Below, piece after piece: positions 1 to 10,442 of a DNA stretch of 64,000 nt. The notes beneath the pieces are model-generated. The model had not been told where the DNA came from, made no database searches, and was given only the letters and a program-made list of their open reading frames with translations. Both the position numbers and the translations under genes were made by a program. The number at the start of each line of letters is the position of its first letter. Position 1 is the stretch's first letter. The DNA comes from Verrucomicrobiota bacterium (GTDB lineage Bacteria > Verrucomicrobiota > Verrucomicrobiia > Limisphaerales > AAA164-E04). The DNA lies in NCBI GenBank assembly GCA_047947115.1, contig CP170459.1:1344001-1408000 (forward strand), written 5' to 3'.

Positions 1-209
1 TTCAATGGATTGAAGAAAGTTTGGGTAAGAAAGCAATTATTGAAAACCAACCCTTCCATAAAGCGGACATGAAATCAACTTGGGCAGACATATCAAAAGC
101 TGAGTCAATGTTAGAGTGGAAGCCTGAGATCGATATTAAAGAAGGCGTTCTCAAATGTGTGGAATGGTACCAGCAAAACCATTCCTGGCTCAAAGATATC
201 AAACTGTAG
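1..209 (+). CDS. NAD-dependent epimerase/dehydratase, C-terminal part (runs off left edge)
   Basis: Frame open from window start; ..LGKKAII..ADMKSTWADISKAESMLEWKP..EGV..VEWY is the typical extended-SDR C-terminus. Confidence 0.8.
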   Translation, partial: QWIEESLGKKAIIENQPFHKADMKSTWADISKAESMLEWKPEIDIKEGVLKCVEWYQQNHSWLKDIKL

Positions 210-600
210 GTAGCCCAATATCTCAGATTCACATTCGCAGGTAGATCAGAAAAGTGTATCCCGTTGACCGCGGAATCCCTGATCCTCTGTGAAAGGTAGA
301 GCGTGACGTCCCTGTCGCGCTGGATAGATCTCCCGATAAATCGGGACTGATCCGCAATGCACCGGTAGGGATAGGCTGCTGCCTGTCCGTCGAATGCCAA
401 GCATATCCAAATTTTCAATAACCGTTCAAATACCAGAAAACATACAACACCTTTTAAGTGTGACACCTTTTGTTTTTCTTTGTAATTACGGCTGGAATTA
501 CAAAGAAAAACAAAAAACATCCTTTTTAACTCTGCAACCTCCCAACCTCTAGTGACCGCAGCTATGCTGAAAGTCCCGTGGCTGCGGGAGGTGGTGAAGA
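210..600 (+). repeat. Modular repeat unit U0 (REP cluster, hairpin E, right end)
   Basis: GGTAG hairpin modules, CTTTTAAGTG 451-460, stem 468-515, CTCTAGTGACCGC..GGTGGTGAA. Confidence 0.85.
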
Positions 601-604
601 AAAA

Positions 605-1894
605 ATGCAAAAGACAACTATCGCAATCGTAGGCCTCGGCTATGTAGGTCTTCCACTTGGACTTCAGTTCGCCCGATCCGGTGTGAATGTCATCGGCTTG
701 GATGTAGATAATTCCAAAGTGGATGCACTCAACCAAGGAAGAAGCTATATCAAGCACATCGCTGCTTCCGACATTCAGGAAGCAGTCAATAAAGGATGCT
801 TTTCTGCTTCTACTGACTTTTCTAAAGTAACGGAAGTTGAAGCCGTCCTTATATGTGTGCCGACGCCACTGGACCAACATCGTGAACCTGATATTAGTTA
901 TGTAATCAAGAGCGGAGAAGCCATCGCCCCTTTCTTAAAACCACCAGAAGGGGGAAGGAAGAAACTCATTGTTCTCGAATCGACGACCTATCCAGGAACG
1001 ACAGATACAGACCTTCGAGAAGTGCTTGAGAAAGGATCGGGATTGAAAGCTGGAGAAGATTTTCACCTGGCCTACTCGCCTGAACGAGAAGATCCAGGTC
1101 GCACTGATCATTCGGTAAAAAGCATACCAAAGGTGATGGGAGGATACACCTCCGACTGCCTGGAACGTTGCACGGAACTTTATCTGACTGCCCTTGATAA
1201 AGTGCATCCAGTCAAGTCTTGCCGCATAGCCGAAGCAACGAAATTGACCGAAAACATTTTTCGATCGGTGAACATTGCACTGGTCAACGAACTGAAATTG
1301 GTTTTTCACAAAATGGACATTGATGTGTGGGATGTCGTCGATGCAGCAGCAACCAAACCCTTTGGATACATGCCATTTTATCCAGGACCGGGATTAGGGG
1401 GACACTGCATTCCCATTGATCCATTTTACCTGACATGGAAAGCACGTGAGTACGAACAACACACCCGATTCATCGAATTGGCTGGTGAAATAAACACAGC
1501 CATGCCAGACTATGTGATATCCCGAGTGGCCGATGCTCTGAATGACGAAGGTAAATCCATCAAAGGAAGCCGGATCTTGTTGCTTGGTTTGGCCTACAAA
1601 CCCAATGTGGATGATGATCGTGAAAGCCCCAGTTACCGATTGATTGAAAAACTGGAACACAAAGGAGCCGAAGTTGCATACAACGACCCCCATGTTCCCG
1701 AAATCCGGCCGACCAGAGAATTCCCGCAATACGCAGGTCGAAAGTCGCAAGAAATTTCAGATGACTACGATTTGATCCTCCTGGCAACACACCACAAAGA
1801 ATACAAGGGATTTGATTTCAGCAATTACACGATTCCAATCGTGGACACACGCAATTGCATCACCAAACGACCCGATAAATACTACCAGGCATAG
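605..1894 (+). CDS. UDP-N-acetylhexosamine 6-dehydrogenase (WbpA/WecC-type nucleotide sugar dehydrogenase)
   Basis: GLGYVGLP, ESTTYPGTT, GHCIPIDPFYL; start taken at ATG 605 because upstream codons are repeat DNA. Confidence 0.9.
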   Translation: MQKTTIAIVGLGYVGLPLGLQFARSGVNVIGLDVDNSKVDALNQGRSYIKHIAASDIQEAVNKGCFSASTDFSKVTEVEAVLICVPTPLDQHREPDISYVIKSGEAIAPFLKPPEGGRKKLIVLESTTYPGTTDTDLREVLEKGSGLKAGEDFHLAYSPEREDPGRTDHSVKSIPKVMGGYTSDCLERCTELYLTALDKVHPVKSCRIAEATKLTENIFRSVNIALVNELKLVFHKMDIDVWDVVDAAATKPFGYMPFYPGPGLGGHCIPIDPFYLTWKAREYEQHTRFIELAGEINTAMPDYVISRVADALNDEGKSIKGSRILLLGLAYKPNVDDDRESPSYRLIEKLEHKGAEVAYNDPHVPEIRPTREFPQYAGRKSQEISDDYDLILLATHHKEYKGFDFSNYTIPIVDTRNCITKRPDKYYQA

Positions 1895-2480
1895 GTAGCT
1901 CGTAAAGTTTATCCCGTCGACTGCGGGATCCCTGTCGCGCCAGGTAGATCTCCCGATAAATCGGGACTGGTCCGCCACCATTATTTACCACCCGTTCGGC
2001 TGCGCCTCACTAGAGAACACAGAGGACACGGAGAGAAGAAAGGAAGCAGTGTTATTGTTTTGATCCGTTCATGCGAACAAATCAAAACAATAACACAAAC
2101 CGTCAGCCCCTCGGGCAAGTAAGGTAGTTCGTGACGTCCCCGTCGCGAGAAGTTATCCCATGGGCTGCAGGATTTCTACCTCGTTGCAAGGTAGATCGGA
2201 CCGTCCCTGGTCCGCACAACGTCTACTACATTCTTATTACGAAAACTATAAGGCACACGAATACTTTTAAGTGTGCTACTTTTTGATTTCTTAGGTTTTG
2301 TCCCAAACCTAAGAAATCAAAAAACCTCTGTGGTCCTCTGTGCTCTCAAGTGAGGAATCGAACGGGTGGTGAATAAAACAAAAACTCTGCGCTACCTCAT
2401 ACGAATCTCCCCATCTCAACCCCGCGGCTGCGGGAGGCGGTTAATACATCTGTGAAAATCTGTGACATCTGCGGATAAAA
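1894..2480 (+). repeat. Modular repeat unit U1 (complete)
   Basis: Left end ACCACCCGTTCG..ACTAGAG at 1987, hairpin D 2049-2096, hairpin E 2280-2323, inverted right end 2326-2374. Confidence 0.9.
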
Positions 2481-2595
2481 ACAAACCAGCAAAAGCCCAA
2501 AAGCAATGGAACACGTTCTGTTCGGCATTTCTGGGGCTCAAGATAAAATTGGGAGCTGCATATACGTTTGAAGAGTAATCATTAATTGATCCAGT

Positions 2596-2913
2596 ATGCA
2601 TAATCTTCACATTCTACCTGTTCCACTGCTGAAGGAGCTAAAGGAAGTGGCACATAATTTCGAGTCATCAGGAATTCAATTAATACTTTTCGGATCTTTC
2701 GCGACTGGAAATGCGCGATCTACATCAGATCTGGATCTGGCCTTTGATAGTCGAGCTACCTCGGGGCAAGAGATCCGACAGCTTTACGGCCGTATCGATG
2801 ATTTACACACCATTCGCTCGGTGGATTTAGTAGACCTGCAAAAAGTCGATCCTGGAGTAGCTGAGGAAATAAAAAATAACGGACGGATACTCTCCGAATG
2901 CCTTGCTGATTGA
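2596..2913 (+). CDS. Minimal nucleotidyltransferase (MNT, MntA-like antitoxin), orphan
   Basis: LILFGSFATG..STSDLDLA..VDLVD motif, 105 aa. Confidence 0.85.
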   Translation: MHNLHILPVPLLKELKEVAHNFESSGIQLILFGSFATGNARSTSDLDLAFDSRATSGQEIRQLYGRIDDLHTIRSVDLVDLQKVDPGVAEEIKNNGRILSECLAD

Positions 2914-3380
2914 TTCACCACCCGTTCGATTGCACCTCACTAGAGAACACAGAGGGCACAGAGAGGGCGGGGAGACGTTGTTTTATTTTGGGCTATTCAA
3001 TTGAACAGCCCAAAATAAAACAGCAAACCATCAGTTCCGCGACCGTGGGACAGGCTGAAAGGTAGATCGGATCATCCCTGATCCGCATAGCGCCCAGAGC
3101 ATTCAACACCCCGCTCGTATCATGAAAACAAAAAATGATTCACACCCTTTTAAGTGTGCTACCTTTTTGATTTCTTTGGTTTTTTCCGAAAACCTAAGAA
3201 ATCAAAAAACTCTGTGGCCCTCTGAAACTAGATTGTCCCGTCGACTTCGGGATGAACTCAAGTGCCAATTACTCACTACAGCGCTGAAAGTCCCGCGGCT
3301 GCGGGAGGTGGTTAATAAAAAATCCGCCTTCCAACGACATTAATAAAGATCTGCGATCATCTGCGAAATCTGCGGTTAAA
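2914..3380 (+). repeat. Modular repeat unit U2
   Basis: Left end starts immediately after the stop codon; hairpin D 2977-3024; CTTTTAAGTG 3147-3156 plus hairpin E. Confidence 0.9.
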
Positions 3381-3386
3381 CACATC

Positions 3387-4319
3387 ATGCGTATTCTAGT
3401 AACAGGAGGAGCCGGATTCCTCGGCAGCCACCTCTGCGATCGGCTCATCGAGCAGGGCCACGAAGTCATCTGCCTCGACAACTTTTTCACCGGAGATAAA
3501 CAGAACATCCGACACTTGCTCAGCCACGATCATTTCGAGTTAATCCGCCACGACGTTATTGATCCGTTCAAAGCAGAAGTAGACCAAATCTACAACTTGG
3601 CCTGTCCGGCATCACCGGTTCATTATCAACACAACCCCATTAAAACTATCAAAACATCGGTGATGGGAGCAATAAATGCGTTAGGATTGGCAAAAAGAAC
3701 CGGAGCACGAGTATTGCAAGCCTCTACATCGGAGGTCTACGGCGATCCAGAGGTGCACCCGCAAACCGAGGCATACCGTGGAAACGTCAACCCCATTGGC
3801 CCACGATCTTGTTACGACGAAGGCAAACGAGTCGCTGAAACCTTGTTCTTCGATTACCATCGGCAGAATAAAGTAAACATAAGGGTGATGCGTATCTTCA
3901 ATACCTACGGCCCCAGAATGCATCCGCATGACGGACGAGTTGTATCAAATTTCATTGTGCAGGCATTAAACAATGAGCCCATTACAGTTTATGGAGATGG
4001 ATCACAAACCCGATCCTTTTGTTATATGGATGATTTGCTGGATGGTATGATTCGATTGATGAACCACGATTCGTTAACCGGACCGGTGAACATCGGCAAT
4101 CCGGGCGAATTCACGATTCTGGAACTTGCTCAAAAAGTAATTGAAAAAACAGGCTCAAAATCAGAAATCATCCACAAAGACCTCCCAACCGACGATCCGT
4201 TACAACGTAAACCAGATATAACCTTAGCCAAAAACGAACTCGACTGGGAACCAAAAATCAACCTGGACCAAGGCCTGGACAAAACCATCACCTATTTCAG
4301 GACACTTTTAGATAGGTAG
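3387..4319 (+). CDS. UDP-glucuronic acid decarboxylase (UDP-xylose synthase family)
   Basis: [47 protein letters not shown]. Confidence 0.92.
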   Translation: MRILVTGGAGFLGSHLCDRLIEQGHEVICLDNFFTGDKQNIRHLLSHDHFELIRHDVIDPFKAEVDQIYNLACPASPVHYQHNPIKTIKTSVMGAINALGLAKRTGARVLQASTSEVYGDPEVHPQTEAYRGNVNPIGPRSCYDEGKRVAETLFFDYHRQNKVNIRVMRIFNTYGPRMHPHDGRVVSNFIVQALNNEPITVYGDGSQTRSFCYMDDLLDGMIRLMNHDSLTGPVNIGNPGEFTILELAQKVIEKTGSKSEIIHKDLPTDDPLQRKPDITLAKNELDWEPKINLDQGLDKTITYFRTLLDR

Positions 4320-4843
4320 ATCGGACCGTCCCTGGTCCGCCACCATCTTAATTCACCACCCGTTCGATTCCTCACTAGAGGACACAGAGATCACAGAGAG
4401 AAGAGGTGAGATGATGATTTATTTCAGCCCGCTCTATCGAACAAACTGAAATAAATCATCAAACTGTCAGCCCAGGTAGAACGGATCGTCCCTGATCCGC
4501 TGGTAAGGTAGAGCGTAAAGTTTATCCCGTCGGCTGCGGGATCTCAGTACTGGGGGTAGAGATCCCGACCTGTCGGGACTGCCTGTCCGCAAATTCTGGA
4601 CCGCAATCACAGACGTATTCAACGAATAGAAGTCAAATAAACATACGATCACCTTTTCAGTGCGAATACTTTTGGTTTTCTTTGGAATTGCAGCTAGAAA
4701 TTCCAAAGAAAACCAAAAACCTCCCTTTACTCTCTGTGGTCCTCCCAATCTCTAGTGACCGCAGGACGCTCTCTCTTGAAGGTAAATTGCGCTGAAAGTC
4801 CCGCGACCGCGGGAGGTGGTGAACAAAAAAACTCTGCGTGAGA
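4315..4843 (+). repeat. Modular repeat unit U3
   Basis: REP 4315-4340 supplies the stop codon; left end 4352; hairpin D 4413-4460; CTTTTCAGTG plus hairpin E 4652-4718. Confidence 0.9.
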
Positions 4844-4856
4844 AAACACCTAAAAT

Positions 4857-5108
4857 ATGATACTCCAGTACATTGAGAAAGCGCTTAGCCTGGCTCATTA
4901 TGAGATCATCGATGACGAAGATCCCTATTATGGTGAAGTACCTGGATTGGATGGAGTATTGGCTAGTGGAAAAACACTTGAAGATTGTCGTTACCAATTA
5001 GCCCAAGTGGTGGAGGATTGGATACTATACAGCATCGCCAACAAATTACCCATTAATTCACTCGAAGGGATTACCGTCAAAGTACCCGAAATGGTGGCAA
5101 ATGACTGA
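4857..5108 (+). CDS. hicB: HicB-family antitoxin, orphan
   Basis: YYGEVPGLDGVLASGKTLEDCRYQL..EDWI..LP pattern. Confidence 0.8.
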   Translation: MILQYIEKALSLAHYEIIDDEDPYYGEVPGLDGVLASGKTLEDCRYQLAQVVEDWILYSIANKLPINSLEGITVKVPEMVAND

Positions 5109-5112
5109 TGGG

Positions 5113-5290
5113 ACGTTTAAATCCGTCGAATAACCATCAGTAAACGAACCCTTTTAAGTGTGCCCCCATTTGCTTTTGTTTGGAGTTTTCGAATGAGAAT
5201 CCCAAACAAAAGCAAAAATCTCCCAGTCTCAAAAAAAACTCTCACGAATCTCCCAATTTCAAGAGACCGCAGGGAACGGGTGGTGAACAA
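5113..5290 (+). repeat. Modular repeat unit U4 (right half)
   Basis: CTTTTAAGTG plus hairpin E 5151-5217; GACCGCAGGGAACGGGTGGTGAA. Confidence 0.85.
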
Positions 5291-5334
5291 AAACTGTCTC
5301 CAGACCACATCCTAAAGTGTTGCATGTAGTATAG

Positions 5335-5676
5335 ATGGAATTCATCGAAACACCCCATTTCACTAATCTGATTACCCAATACGTTCCTGATGAACACTAC
5401 CGTGCGCTACAACTCGAATTGCAAGCCAACCCTGAAAAGGGGGATCTCATTTCCGGCTCCGGTGGACTTCGGAAGATTAGGGTCGGTTTACCTGGAAGTG
5501 GGAAGCGTGGATCGGCCCGGGTGATTTATCTGTATCTCAAGATTGAAAATCTCATCTACTTTTTGTTGATCTATCGTAAATCCAAATCCGAAAACCTCAC
5601 CCGATCCCAGGTAAGCGAACTACGAGCGCTTGCCGATCAAATCAAGCAGGCCTATCGCCATGAAAGCAGAAAATAA
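5335..5676 (+). CDS. RelE/HigB-family toxin
   Basis: FIETPHF..NPEKGDLISGSGGLRKIR..GKRGSARVIY. Confidence 0.88.
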   Translation: MEFIETPHFTNLITQYVPDEHYRALQLELQANPEKGDLISGSGGLRKIRVGLPGSGKRGSARVIYLYLKIENLIYFLLIYRKSKSENLTRSQVSELRALADQIKQAYRHESRK

Positions 5677-5983
5677 AAGAGAATTACCGGAATTCAGTTT
5701 TAAGGACTTAAAACATAGCCTGGGGCAAGCATTGAGAGAGGCGAAAGATAATGGCACGTGCCGAAAGATTAAATTACCGGAACCAATCGTTGAAATCCCG
5801 CCGAAGGAGATAAGAAGAATACGCACTCAGCTTCAAGTAAGCCAATCCGTATTTGCCGCGATGCTGAATGTTCCATTGAAAACGGCCGTTAGCTGGGAAA
5901 CCGGACTACACAAGCCAACCAGAGCGGCATTACGTCTATTAGACATTGCACGGAAGCATCCAGATATTCTTTTTGAAGCTTAA
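5660..5983 (+). CDS. HTH antitoxin (HigA-like)
   Basis: IRRIRTQLQVSQSVFAAMLNV..SWETG..P..AALRLL; overlaps the toxin stop. Confidence 0.85.
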   Translation: MKAENKRELPEFSFKDLKHSLGQALREAKDNGTCRKIKLPEPIVEIPPKEIRRIRTQLQVSQSVFAAMLNVPLKTAVSWETGLHKPTRAALRLLDIARKHPDILFEA

Positions 5984-6606
5984 TTTACCACCCGCTTGGA
6001 TGTGTAAGGTAGATCGGGCCATCTCTGGTCTGCCACAATAGGTAGCCCACAATGGTAGGGATGAGTTGCTGCTCGTCCGTTCATCCGCCACCAATTATAT
6101 TCACCACCCGTCTTGCTGCGCGCGACTAGAGAACACAGAGGGCACTGAGAGAAAAGAGAAGGAAAGGGAAGGGAGGAGTTGATGTTTTTATTTCGCCCTG
6201 TTCTGTCGAACAAACCGAAATAAAACCACAAACTGTCAGCCCTGCGGGCGGCATGGTAGTCCGCGACGTCCCTGTCGTGAAGGTAGCTCTCCCGATACAT
6301 CGGGACTGGTCCGCCGTGACAGGTAGAGCGTATAGTTTATCCCGTCGACTGCGGGATCCCTGTCGTGCGGTCATTAACGCCAATCGTATCCAACAACGTT
6401 TAAATCCGTAGAATAACCATCAGTAAACGAACCCTTTTAAGTGTGCCATCTTAAGTTTTTCTTTGTTGTTTTCATCCGAAAAGACCAAAGAAAAACTTAA
6501 ACCTCTCAAGACTTAAACATCCTCTCTCGAATCTCTGTGTCCTCAATCCCGCGACTGCGGGAGGGTGGTGTAAATTAAATTCTACGTCCCTGCGACTCCG
6601 CGTGAG
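5984..6606 (+). repeat. Modular repeat unit U5
   Basis: Left end 6100; hairpin D centred 6199-6212; REP cluster; hairpin E 6434-6500. Confidence 0.9.
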
Positions 6607-6623
6607 CAAAAAACAAGCAAGCC

Positions 6624-7151
6624 ATGGACTTCAAACAAGTCGACGCACTAGCCAGCCAAGAACCCCCACTATCCTATCTGGTTATTGGTGGCTATGCAGT
6701 CGCCGCCCATGGATATTCAAGGTTAACCTTTGACATAGATATTTTAATTCGTCGAGTTGATAAAGAAGTTTGGCATGAACGATGTTTAAACATGGGATTG
6801 CGATGTATTGGCCAGTCAAACTCATTTTCTCAATATGATGGCACAGACAAAAGATTGGACCTGATGTTTGTTGATGATCAATCATTCAATAAAATGAATG
6901 CTGATTGCATCACACAAGACTACGATCAGATCCATACCAAGGTAGTAGGATTGGATCATCTAATTGCATTGAAGTTGCACGCGTTGAAAAACGCACCAGA
7001 GCACCGTGTATCAAAAGATTTCAACGACATAGAAATGTTGGCGAAAAATCACAGATTGCAGTTAAAAAGCGAGCATTACAGAGGATTTTTTCTTAAATAC
7101 GGCACCGACAAGATATACGAAACACTGCTGAGATGCCTTAAATATGATTAA
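6624..7151 (+). CDS. Nucleotidyltransferase-family protein (TA-associated type)
   Basis: YLVIGGYAVAAHGYSRLTFDIDIL..LIALKLHA..R..KD..DI. Confidence 0.8.
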   Translation: MDFKQVDALASQEPPLSYLVIGGYAVAAHGYSRLTFDIDILIRRVDKEVWHERCLNMGLRCIGQSNSFSQYDGTDKRLDLMFVDDQSFNKMNADCITQDYDQIHTKVVGLDHLIALKLHALKNAPEHRVSKDFNDIEMLAKNHRLQLKSEHYRGFFLKYGTDKIYETLLRCLKYD

Positions 7152-7341
7152 ACCTGTTCAAGAACATGCAGATTTGGAACTACCAACGGATTCACCGCCG
7201 GTTCAAGTTCCGCCTCAAATTTCCCTGGATACAATGCAGCGAAGAATTGAGGAGATTGCGAAGATGTTCCCACAGAACGTTCCCACACCCGAAGAACGAC
7301 TCAGAACCAAAATAGACGTCCTTTTCGAGTTAAAGGAATAG
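7144..7341 (+). CDS. Small hypothetical protein, probable partner of the upstream nucleotidyltransferase
   Basis: 65 aa ORF overlapping the upstream stop and ending at the repeat boundary. Confidence 0.6.
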   Translation: MIKPVQEHADLELPTDSPPVQVPPQISLDTMQRRIEEIAKMFPQNVPTPEERLRTKIDVLFELKE

Positions 7342-7906
7342 GTATACCACAATGGTAGGGATTGCGCTGCCGCGCGTCCGTTCAGCCGCCACCAATTTTA
7401 TTCACCACCCGTCTTGCTGCGCGCGACTAGAGAACACAGAGGGCACAGAGGGCACAGAGAGAAAAGAGAAGGATAGGGAAGGGAGGAGTTGATGCTTTTA
7501 TTTTGGCCTGTTCTGTCGAACAAACCGAAATAAAACCACAAACAATCAGTCCCGCGACTGCGGGACGGGCGGCATGGTAGTCCGCGACGTCCCTGTCGCG
7601 TAGGTAGCTCTCCCGATACATCGGGACTGATCCGCTGGTAAGGTAGAACGGAAAAGTGAATCCCGTCGACTGCGGGATCCCTGATCCGCCACAAGAGGTA
7701 GGCCACAATGGTAGGTAGATCGGACCGTCCCTGGTCCGCATTAACCCAGACGCATTCGACAAACGTAATCAGTGAACAAACACCAATAAATCTCCTTTAA
7801 CTCTCTGTGGCCCTCCCCACTTCTAGTGACCGCAGCTATGCTGAAAGTCCCGTGACTGCGGGAGGTGGTTTAAATTAGACTTTGTGGTCCTTGTGACTTT
7901 GTGTGA
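7341..7906 (+). repeat. Modular repeat unit U6 (hairpin E absent)
   Basis: Near copy of the U5 left half; left end 7401; hairpin D centred 7509-7522. Confidence 0.9.
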
Positions 7907-7918
7907 GCGCTAAAACAA

Positions 7919-8146
7919 ATGAAAAAAACACTGACCGCCATTATTCGAGCAGAAGATGATGTTTATGTAGCGCTTAACCCCGAACTGGACATAGCCAGTC
8001 AAGGTGCTACGACCCAACATGCGCTGAGTAATTTGCAAGAAGCTGTTGATTTGTTCCTGGAAACAGCATCAAAGGAGGAAATAGAGGAGCGATTAAGAGG
8101 TGAATCCTTGGTAACACAATTTGTGGCTGAGTATGCCCCCGCTTAA
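7919..8146 (+). CDS. hicB: HicB-family antitoxin, orphan
   Basis: LTAII..EDDVYVALNPELDIASQG.T...AL.NLQEAVDLFLE. Confidence 0.85.
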   Translation: MKKTLTAIIRAEDDVYVALNPELDIASQGATTQHALSNLQEAVDLFLETASKEEIEERLRGESLVTQFVAEYAPA

Positions 8147-8147
8147 G

Positions 8148-8511
8148 AAGTTTATCCCGCCGACTGCGGGATCCCAGTCGCGGCGGTAGGGATAGGCTGC
8201 TGCCTGTCCGCAAAGGTAGATCGGACCGTCCCTGGTCCGCATTAACCCAGACGCATTCGACAAACGTAATCAGTGAACAAACACCAATAAACATTACGTG
8301 ACCTTTTAAGTGGCGCCCCTTTACGTTTTCTTTGACGATTGAACCACAATCTTCAAAGAAAACGTAAAACCCTTAAAGTTCATTACTTACAACTACTCAC
8401 TCAAACCTCTGTGGCCTTCCCTGTCTCTAGTGACCGCAGCTATGCTGAAAGTCCAGTGACTGCGTGAGGTGGCGAACAAAAAATACTGCGTCCCTGCGAC
8501 TCTGCGTGAGA
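8148..8511 (+). repeat. Modular repeat unit U7 (right half)
   Basis: REP cluster, CTTTTAAGTG plus hairpin E 8302-8369, right end. Confidence 0.85.
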
Positions 8512-8796
8512 ATTACACCAAAAGAACAATCAATCATCCGTGAATCGATCCTGGCATTGGACCCAGAATCCTCGATCTACCTATTTGGGTCACGAGTGGA
8601 TGATCACGCGAAAGGTGGTGACATAGATCTATTGGTGATATCCGACAAACTTGAATTCCGAGATCTCTTAAAACTGAGACGGCTTATACTGGACCAGATA
8701 GGTTGGCAGCAATTGGATCTCATCATCAAAAAGTCCACTGAACTGAGTCAACCATTCGTAGAAGAAGCCATCGAAACAGGGATCTTGCTTACGTGA
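8506..8796 (+). CDS. Minimal nucleotidyltransferase (MNT antitoxin)
   Basis: IYLFGSRVDD..KGGDIDLLV; probable GTG start at 8506 inside repeat module CTCTGCGTGAG. Confidence 0.85.
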   Translation: MRITPKEQSIIRESILALDPESSIYLFGSRVDDHAKGGDIDLLVISDKLEFRDLLKLRRLILDQIGWQQLDLIIKKSTELSQPFVEEAIETGILLT

Positions 8797-8806
8797 CGCA
8801 TTAAAC

Positions 8807-9153
8807 TCACCACCCGTTCGATACCTCACTAGAGAACACAGAGGACACAGAGAGAAGAGGAGGTGTTTGAAGGTTTATTTTGTAACATTCTATCGAATAT
8901 CCCAAAATAAACCAACAAACTGTCAGTCCAGGTAGATCGGACCGTCTCTGGTCCGTCATAACCTCAAACGCACTCAACAACGCTGATCACTGACGAAGCC
9001 TTTTAAGTGTGCACCCTTTTTGAGTTCTTTGGCGTTCTGAATTAGAACTACAAAGAACTCAAAAATCTCTGTGATCCTCTAGAGACCGCAGGAAACGGGT
9101 GGTAAAACAAAAAATCTGCGACCATCTGCGTAAATCTGCGGATAAATAACAAA
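8807..9153 (+). repeat. Modular repeat unit U8 (compact, complete)
   Basis: Left end, hairpin D 8872-8913, one REP at 8931, hairpin E 8999-9065, right end. Confidence 0.9.
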
Positions 9154-9154
9154 C

Positions 9155-9607
9155 GTGAACGATCGTCCGAAAGCACTACTTCAAGCTAACCTCGATGATC
9201 TACTACGGGCCAAAAAACATTTGGATTACTCGTATAGGCAGATAATTAGCTACGATGCGGAATTCGAGGAGTATAATGAAGAACAATTGGAAACCGTGGA
9301 GGCCTTCACAAGTCGGTTTGCACGTTGTGCGGATTTACTGGTGAACAAGGTTCTGAGATCGTTGGATCGTTATGAACTGAAACCGGGAGGGACATTATTA
9401 GATGTGATCAATAGGGCAGAGAAGCGTGGGATTATCTCAAATGTCGGGGAGTTAAGAGAAATGAAAGACATTAGGAACATCATCGCACATGATTACGCGG
9501 GAATCCAAATGGAACAGGTGTTTGAATACTGCAAACAAAAGAAACCACATTTTGACGAAATTTGCCACAACCTGAAGAATTACGTGGATCGTTTGCAGAT
9601 AATTTAA
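9155..9607 (+). CDS. HEPN-domain toxin
   Basis: RNIIAHDY (R-X4-H) motif; RFAR..D; GTLLDVINRAEKRG. Confidence 0.85.
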   Translation: MNDRPKALLQANLDDLLRAKKHLDYSYRQIISYDAEFEEYNEEQLETVEAFTSRFARCADLLVNKVLRSLDRYELKPGGTLLDVINRAEKRGIISNVGELREMKDIRNIIAHDYAGIQMEQVFEYCKQKKPHFDEICHNLKNYVDRLQII

Positions 9608-9628
9608 ATCGAATCATTAATGAATTAA

Positions 9629-10218
9629 TTCACCACCCGGCTCGCTGCGCGCGACTTGAGAGCACAGAGGACACAGAGAGAGAAGGAGGGGATGATGTTT
9701 TATTTCAGCCCGTTCTATCGAACGAACTGAAATAAATCATCAAACTGTCAGCCCAGGTAGATCGGACCGTCCCTGGTCCGCCGGTAAGGTATTTGGAAAA
9801 ACACTATCCCGTCGACTGCGGGATCCCTGGCGCGTAATGGTAGCTCGGATCGTCCCTGATCCGTAAATCCCCAATCGCTGCCAACAACGCTTACAACATA
9901 GAACAAGCAGCCAAATTACGATCTCCTTTTCAGTGCGAATACTTTTGTTTTTCTTTGTTATGACGGCCAGTAATGCCAAAGAAAAACAAAACCTCTCGAT
10001 ACTCTCTGTGGCCCTCCCAATCTCTAGTGACCGCAGCAATGCTGAAAGTCCCGTGACTGCGGGAGGTGGTAAAACAAAAGTCTGCGACCATCTGCGTAAA
10101 TCTGCGGATAAATAACAAAAGCAAAAACTTCTTATAAACACTCTATGCCCCTCCTTTCCTCTAGTGACCGTAGGGAACGGGTGGTTGAACAACAAAAACT
10201 CTGCATCTCCGCGTGAGA
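9629..10218 (+). repeat. Modular repeat unit U9
   Basis: Left end, hairpin D 9694-9741, hairpin E 9925-9991, two right-end copies. Confidence 0.9.
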
Positions 10219-10229
10219 AAAGACGAAAA

Positions 10230-10442
10230 ATGAAAGAAATTATATTTGAGGTATTGGAACAACCTATGGGACAGGGGTTTGTTGCTACAGCAGTTGGGAT
10301 AGGTGTTCACACTGAGGCTGACACACTCGAAGATTTACGTCAAAATGTGCGTGAAGCCGTGGATTGCCATTTTGACGATTCAATGGATGCTCCGAAGCTC
10401 ATCCGTCTCCATTTTGTTCGGGATGAGGTATTGGCCAGATGA
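10230..10442 (+). CDS. HicB-like antitoxin
   Basis: MKEIIFEV..GFVATA..HTEADTLEDLRQNVREAVDCHF; ATGA overlap with hicA. Confidence 0.75.
   Translation: MKEIIFEVLEQPMGQGFVATAVGIGVHTEADTLEDLRQNVREAVDCHFDDSMDAPKLIRLHFVRDEVLAR

Noticed and set aside
2049..9741. Classical integron attC sites
   Set aside because: No consistent RYYYAAC..GTTRRRY ends (hairpin D is flanked GTT..AAC, the opposite order) and no intI in the window
9740..10195. ORFs across repeat units (also 3122-3343, 5980-6383, 7398-7762, 47566-47985)
   Set aside because: Translations of repeat DNA with no conserved frame between units
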